DNA of 3,308 nucleotides from Escherichia coli (GTDB lineage Bacteria; Pseudomonadota; Gammaproteobacteria; Enterobacterales; Enterobacteriaceae): NCBI RefSeq assembly GCF_003334765.1, contig NZ_QOWT01000070.1; one strand, 5' to 3'. Shown piece by piece: positions 1 to 3,308 of this stretch (position 1 is its first letter; each line of letters starts with the position of its first letter). The notes under the pieces were generated by a model. It saw only the letters and a program-made list of their open reading frames with translations, ran no database searches and was not told where the DNA came from. The position numbers and the translations under genes were made by a program.

Positions 1-75
1 TTATCGTGAGAGTAATTCATCGGCACGTTAAATCATATCAGGCGTAATACCACAACCCTTAAGTTAGCGCTTATG
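1..75 (+). mobile_element. IS186 (IS4 family) terminal segment, partial; element continues beyond the window start
   Basis: The reverse complement of 51-75 reads CATAAGCGCTAACTTAAGGGTTGTG, which I recall as the IS186 terminus (recollection, not searched). The boundary sits 22 bp beyond the hokC stop codon (98-100), matching the published K-12 arrangement. GC-rich flank GGATCACTCCCCGCC follows at 76-90, consistent with IS186 target preference. Exact boundary is uncertain by a few bp. Confidence 0.6.
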
Positions 76-97
76 GGATCACTCCCCGCCGTTGCTC

Positions 98-250
98 TTA
101 CTCGGATTCGTAAGCCGTGAAAACAGCAACCTCCGTCTGGCCAGTTCGGATGTGAACCTCACAGAGGTCTTTTCTCGTTACCAGCGCCGCCACTACGGCG
201 GTGATACAGATGACGATCAGGGCGACAATCATCGCCTTATGCTGCTTCAT
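98..250 (-). CDS. hokC: HokC (Gef) small membrane toxin of a type I toxin-antitoxin system, 50 aa
   Basis: Minus-strand translation from ATG at 250-248 gives MKQHKAMIVALIVICITAVVAALVTRKDLCEVHIRTGQTEVAVFTAYESE, which I recognise as HokC/Gef. It has the expected single hydrophobic helix. A good SD (AGGAG) lies about 9 nt upstream on the minus strand (plus coordinates about 260-264). Stop at 98-100. Confidence 0.9.
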   Translation of the reverse strand: MKQHKAMIVALIVICITAVVAALVTRKDLCEVHIRTGQTEVAVFTAYESE

Positions 251-307
251 TGCTCTCTTCTCCTTGACCTTACGGTCAGTAAGAGGCACTCTACATGTGT
301 TCAGCAT
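98..307 (-). CDS. mokC: MokC, 69 aa regulatory reading frame that contains hokC in-frame (translational coupling ORF)
   Basis: ATG at 307-305 on the minus strand, in the same frame as hokC, gives MLNTCRVPLTDRKVKEKRA followed by the HokC sequence (69 aa). This matches the known mokC/hokC arrangement in K-12, where both share a stop codon. No strong SD, consistent with weak regulated translation. Confidence 0.8.
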   Translation of the reverse strand: MLNTCRVPLTDRKVKEKRAMKQHKAMIVALIVICITAVVAALVTRKDLCEVHIRTGQTEVAVFTAYESE

Positions 308-353
308 ATAGGAGGCCTCGGGTTGATGGTAAAATATCACTCGGGGCTTTTCT
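299..353 (+). ncRNA. sokC: SokC antisense RNA (antitoxin of hokC); boundaries approximate
   Basis: Position is inferred from the known hok/sok architecture: Sok is encoded antisense across the mok translation start (here 305-307). A -35-like TTGACC lies at 264-269 on the plus strand inside mokC. The -10 element and exact ends cannot be fixed from sequence alone. Confidence 0.45.
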
Positions 354-394
354 CTATCTGCCGTTCAGCTAATGCCTGAGACAGACAGCCTCAA

Positions 395-440
395 GCACCC
401 GCCGCTATTATATCGCTCTCTTTAACCCATTTTGTTTTAT
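395..440 (-). promoter_or_regulatory. Putative promoter of the mokC/hokC mRNA
   Basis: Minus strand reads GCGATATAATAGCGG with a perfect TATAAT at plus 412-407, about 100 nt upstream of the mokC start, a leader length consistent with hok-family mRNAs. No convincing -35 element. Confidence 0.3.
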
Positions 441-729
441 CGATTCTAATCCTGAAGACGCCTCGCATTTTTGTGGCGTAATTTTTTAATGATTTAATTA
501 TTTAACTTTAATTTATCTCTTCATCGCAATTATTGACGACAAGCTGGATTATTTTTGAAATATTGGCCTAACAAGCATCGCCGACTGACAACAAATTAAT
601 TATTACTTTTCCTAATTAATCCCTCAGGAATCCTCACCTTAAGCTATGATTATCTAGGCTTAGGGTCACTCGTGAGCGCTTACAGCCGTCAAAAACGCAT
701 CTCACCGCTGATGGCGCAAATTCTTCAAT

Positions 730-835
730 AGCTCGTAAAAAACGAATTATTCCTACACTATAATCTGGTTTTAACGATGATTCGTGCGGGGTAAAATAGT
801 AAAAACGATCTATTCACCTGAAAGAGAAATAAAAA
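730..835 (+). promoter_or_regulatory. nhaA promoter/operator region (NhaR-dependent promoter and RBS)
   Basis: -10-like hexamers TATAAT (759-764) and TAAAAT (792-797). A dyad ATAG-N10-CTAT (796-813) resembles the T-N11-A type box bound by LysR-family regulators. Purine-rich AAGAGAAA (822-829) sits just upstream of the GTG start. nhaA is known to be activated by NhaR binding upstream; exact site assignment is not possible from sequence alone. Confidence 0.4.
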
Positions 836-2002
836 GTGAAACATCTGCATCGATTCTTTAGCAGTGATGCCTCGGGAGGCATTATTCTTATCATTGCCGC
901 TATCCTGGCGATGATTATGGCCAACAGCGGCGCAACCAGTGGATGGTATCACGACTTTCTGGAGACGCCGGTTCAGCTCCGGGTTGGTTCACTCGAAATC
1001 AACAAAAACATGCTGTTATGGATAAATGACGCGCTGATGGCGGTATTTTTCCTGTTAGTCGGTCTGGAAGTTAAACGTGAACTGATGCAAGGATCGCTAG
1101 CCAGCTTACGCCAGGCCGCATTTCCAGTTATCGCCGCTATTGGTGGGATGATTGTGCCGGCATTACTCTATCTGGCTTTTAACTATGCCGATCCGATTAC
1201 CCGCGAAGGGTGGGCGATCCCGGCGGCTACTGACATTGCTTTTGCACTTGGTGTACTGGCGCTGTTGGGAAGTCGTGTTCCGTTAGCGCTGAAGATCTTT
1301 TTGATGGCTCTGGCTATTATCGACGATCTTGGGGCCATCATTATCATCGCATTGTTCTACACTAATGACTTATCGATGGCCTCTCTTGGCGTCGCGGCTG
1401 TAGCAATTGCGGTACTCGCGGTATTGAATCTGTGTGGTGTACGCCGCACGGGCGTCTATATTCTTGTTGGCGTGGTGTTGTGGACTGCGGTGTTGAAATC
1501 GGGGGTTCACGCAACTCTGGCGGGGGTAATTGTCGGCTTCTTTATTCCTTTGAAAGAGAAGCATGGGCGTTCTCCAGCGAAGCGACTGGAGCATGTGTTG
1601 CACCCGTGGGTGGCGTATCTGATTTTGCCGCTGTTTGCATTTGCTAATGCTGGCGTTTCACTGCAAGGCGTCACGCTGGATGGCTTGACCTCCATTCTGC
1701 CATTGGGGATCATCGCTGGCTTGCTGATTGGCAAACCGCTGGGGATTAGTCTGTTCTGCTGGTTGGCGCTGCGTTTGAAACTGGCGCATCTGCCTGAGGG
1801 AACGACTTATCAGCAAATTATGGTGGTGGGGATCCTGTGCGGTATCGGTTTTACTATGTCTATCTTTATTGCCAGCCTGGCCTTTGGTAGCGTAGATCCA
1901 GAACTGATTAACTGGGCGAAACTCGGTATCCTGGTCGGTTCTATCTCTTCGGCGGTAATTGGATACAGCTGGTTACGCGTTCGTTTGCGTCCATCAGTTT
2001 GA
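836..2002 (+). CDS. nhaA: NhaA Na+/H+ antiporter, 388 aa, GTG start
   Basis: Translation [31 protein letters not shown]... matches E. coli NhaA throughout. Functional residues fall at canonical numbering: Asp133 (AATDIAF), Asp163/Asp164 (AIIDDLGA, codons 1322-1327), His225 (KSGVHAT), Lys300 (LLIGKPLG). About 12 hydrophobic segments. The first codon is GTG at 836-838. Confidence 0.97.
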   Translation: MKHLHRFFSSDASGGIILIIAAILAMIMANSGATSGWYHDFLETPVQLRVGSLEINKNMLLWINDALMAVFFLLVGLEVKRELMQGSLASLRQAAFPVIAAIGGMIVPALLYLAFNYADPITREGWAIPAATDIAFALGVLALLGSRVPLALKIFLMALAIIDDLGAIIIIALFYTNDLSMASLGVAAVAIAVLAVLNLCGVRRTGVYILVGVVLWTAVLKSGVHATLAGVIVGFFIPLKEKHGRSPAKRLEHVLHPWVAYLILPLFAFANAGVSLQGVTLDGLTSILPLGIIAGLLIGKPLGISLFCWLALRLKLAHLPEGTTYQQIMVVGILCGIGFTMSIFIASLAFGSVDPELINWAKLGILVGSISSAVIGYSWLRVRLRPSV

Positions 2003-2016
2003 CAGGACGGTTTACC

Positions 2017-2045
2017 GGGGAGCCATAAACGGCTCCCTTTTCATT
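2017..2045 (+). terminator. Intrinsic-terminator-like hairpin between nhaA and nhaR (probably partial/attenuating)
   Basis: Stem GGGAGCC (2018-2024), loop ATAAAC, stem GGCTCCC (2031-2037), followed by TTTTCATTGTT. Lies 15 nt after the nhaA stop and immediately before the nhaR RBS. Confidence 0.45.
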
Positions 2046-2061
2046 GTTATCAGGGAGAGAA

Positions 2062-2967
2062 ATGAGCATGTCTCATATCAATTACAACCACTTGTATTAC
2101 TTCTGGCATGTCTATAAAGAAGGTTCCGTGGTTGGCGCAGCGGAGGCGCTTTATTTAACTCCACAAACCATTACCGGACAGATTCGAGCGCTGGAAGAGC
2201 GCCTGCAAGGCAAATTATTTAAACGCAAGGGACGTGGTCTCGAACCCAGCGAGCTGGGAGAACTGGTCTATCGCTATGCCGATAAAATGTTCACCTTAAG
2301 CCAGGAAATGCTGGATATTGTGAACTATCGCAAAGAATCCAATTTATTGTTTGACGTTGGCGTGGCTGATGCACTTTCCAAACGCCTGGTCAGTAGCGTA
2401 CTTAACGCCGCAGTGGTAGAAGGCGAGCCCATTCATCTTCGCTGCTTCGAATCCACCCACGAAATGCTGCTGGAGCAATTAAGTCAGCATAAACTGGATA
2501 TGATCATTTCTGACTGTCCGATAGACTCTACGCAGCAGGAAGGCCTGTTCTCCGTGAGAATTGGCGAATGTGGCGTGAGTTTCTGGTGTACAAATCCACC
2601 ACCAGAAAAACCGTTCCCGGCTTGTCTGGAAGAACGGCGACTTTTGATTCCTGGGCGACGTTCAATGTTAGGGCGCAAATTGCTTAACTGGTTTAACTCC
2701 CAGGGATTAAACGTAGAAATCCTCGGCGAGTTTGATGATGCCGCTTTGATGAAAGCTTTTGGTGCGATGCACAATGCAATCTTCGTTGCCCCAACGCTTT
2801 ATGCATATGACTTTTATGCCGATAAAACTGTCGTAGAAATTGGTCGCGTCGAGAATGTGATGGAAGAGTACCATGCTATTTTTGCTGAGCGGATGATTCA
2901 GCACCCGGCGGTACAGCGAATCTGCAATACGGATTATTCTGCGCTTTTTAGTCCAGCGGTGCGTTAA
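2062..2967 (+). CDS. nhaR: NhaR, LysR-family transcriptional activator of nhaA, 301 aa
   Basis: Translation from ATG 2062 gives [48 protein letters not shown]..., an N-terminal LysR-type helix-turn-helix plus C-terminal co-inducer domain, matching E. coli NhaR. SD GGGAGAGA at 2053-2060. The ORF track's TTG at 2044 is an upstream in-frame extension that I do not favour. Confidence 0.95.
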   Translation: MSMSHINYNHLYYFWHVYKEGSVVGAAEALYLTPQTITGQIRALEERLQGKLFKRKGRGLEPSELGELVYRYADKMFTLSQEMLDIVNYRKESNLLFDVGVADALSKRLVSSVLNAAVVEGEPIHLRCFESTHEMLLEQLSQHKLDMIISDCPIDSTQQEGLFSVRIGECGVSFWCTNPPPEKPFPACLEERRLLIPGRRSMLGRKLLNWFNSQGLNVEILGEFDDAALMKAFGAMHNAIFVAPTLYAYDFYADKTVVEIGRVENVMEEYHAIFAERMIQHPAVQRICNTDYSALFSPAVR

Positions 2968-2974
2968 TCGGCAG

Positions 2975-2999
2975 CTCCCCCAAAGTTAAGGTGGGGGAG
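2975..2999 (+). terminator. GC-rich stem-loop directly after the nhaR stop (possible terminator or RNA-stability hairpin)
   Basis: CTCCCCC (2975-2981) pairs with GGGGGAG (2993-2999) around an 11-nt loop, starting 8 nt after the nhaR stop codon. No clear U-tract follows (ATAGATTAGTTG), so terminator function is uncertain. Confidence 0.3.
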
Positions 3000-3231
3000 A
3001 TAGATTAGTTGTACATTACCACGATTTTGACTCGGCTCATTATTTGCCCGCTTGAGACATTGTTTCCATATGTACGCGGGCGAATAAATAGAGGAATCTG
3101 ATTACTTCCTTCATGGGGATGCTGAAAAGAGTAGTAATTGCTTTTACCATACTGGATTTCATTCGTACCATCATTGGAGAGTTGAAAGCCTATTTGACCC
3201 GCACCGTCCTCACTGTTTTCTAACTCATTTT

Positions 3232-3308
3232 GGTAATGACTCCAACTTATTGATAGTGTTTTATGTTCAGATAATGCCCGATGACTTTGTCATGCAGCTC
3301 CACCGATT
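3232..3308 (-). mobile_element. IS1 end (inverted repeat proximal to insB), partial; element continues beyond the window end
   Basis: 3232-3308 reads GGTAATGACTCCAACTTATTGATAGTGTTTTATGTTCAGATAATGCCCGATGACTTTGTCATGCAGCTCCACCGATT, which I recognise as the IS1 terminus: a terminal inverted repeat beginning GGTAATGAC, then the 3' end of insB on the opposite strand. Confidence 0.9.
3247..3308 (-). CDS. insB: IS1 transposase InsB, C-terminal fragment only (CDS runs off the window end)
   Basis: Minus-strand frame ends ...HYLNIKHYQ with TAA stop at plus 3249-3247, 15 nt inside the IS1 terminus, as in canonical IS1. Only about 19 codons are inside the window. Confidence 0.8.
   Translation of the reverse strand, partial: SVELHDKVIGHYLNIKHYQ

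Noticed and set aside
98-340. 80-aa minus-strand ORF (upstream in-frame extension of mokC starting MIFYHQ...)
   Set aside because: The recognised mokC product is 69 aa, starting at the ATG at 307-305. The additional 11 upstream codons have no support and would overlap the sokC region.
92-379. 95-aa plus-strand ORF overlapping hokC/mokC
   Set aside because: Lies antisense to the confidently identified hokC/mokC frames. The only expected plus-strand product here is the short non-coding SokC RNA; no recognisable protein features.
758-952. 64-aa minus-strand ORF across the nhaA start
   Set aside because: Antisense to the nhaA 5' end and promoter. AT-rich low-complexity translation; typical shadow ORF.
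1370-1734. Three internal ORFs within nhaA (1370-1603 minus, 1432-1647 plus, 1507-1734 minus)
   Set aside because: All lie wholly inside the strongly supported nhaA coding frame in alternative frames or the opposite strand. Arg/Cys/Gly-rich translations typical of out-of-frame reading of GC-rich membrane-protein genes.
2044-2061. TTG start extending nhaR by 6 codons (MLSGRE...)
   Set aside because: The ATG at 2062 has a well-placed SD (GGGAGAGA) and yields the recognised NhaR N-terminus [15 protein letters not shown]. The TTG extension would place the SD inside the coding sequence.
2484-2904. Two minus-strand ORFs inside nhaR (2484-2774, 2707-2904)
   Set aside because: Antisense shadow ORFs within the confidently identified nhaR gene.
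3040-3114. 24-codon minus-strand ORF (MKEVIRFLYLFARVHMETMSQAGK) in the nhaR-IS1 spacer
   Set aside because: Very short, no SD, overlaps the inverted-repeat motif; more likely chance than a gene.
1-3308. IS186 and IS1 flanking the hokC-nhaA-nhaR segment as a possible composite transposon
   Set aside because: The two flanking elements are unrelated IS families (IS4-family IS186 and IS1), so they cannot act together as a composite transposon. This is best read as two independent insertions.

Overview
This window matches the well-characterised Escherichia coli K-12-type chromosomal segment IS186 terminus, hokC/mokC/sokC type I toxin-antitoxin locus, nhaA, nhaR, IS1 terminus; I do not see evidence for a new biological system. 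Positions 1-75 look like the end of an IS186 copy, lying 22 bp beyond the hokC stop codon. The minus strand then carries hokC (50 aa) nested in-frame within mokC (69 aa), with the antisense sokC RNA expected on the plus strand across the mokC start. A roughly 450 bp AT-rich non-coding leader precedes nhaA (388 aa Na+/H+ antiporter, GTG start), followed 59 bp later by nhaR (301 aa LysR-type activator). Downstream of nhaR is a 264 bp spacer, and the window ends inside the inverted-repeat end of IS1 with the last codons of insB on the minus strand. The least explained part is that nhaR-IS1 spacer, which holds a 36-codon ORF and a thrice-repeated motif. All identifications rest on reading the translations and on recalled sequences; no database search was run.
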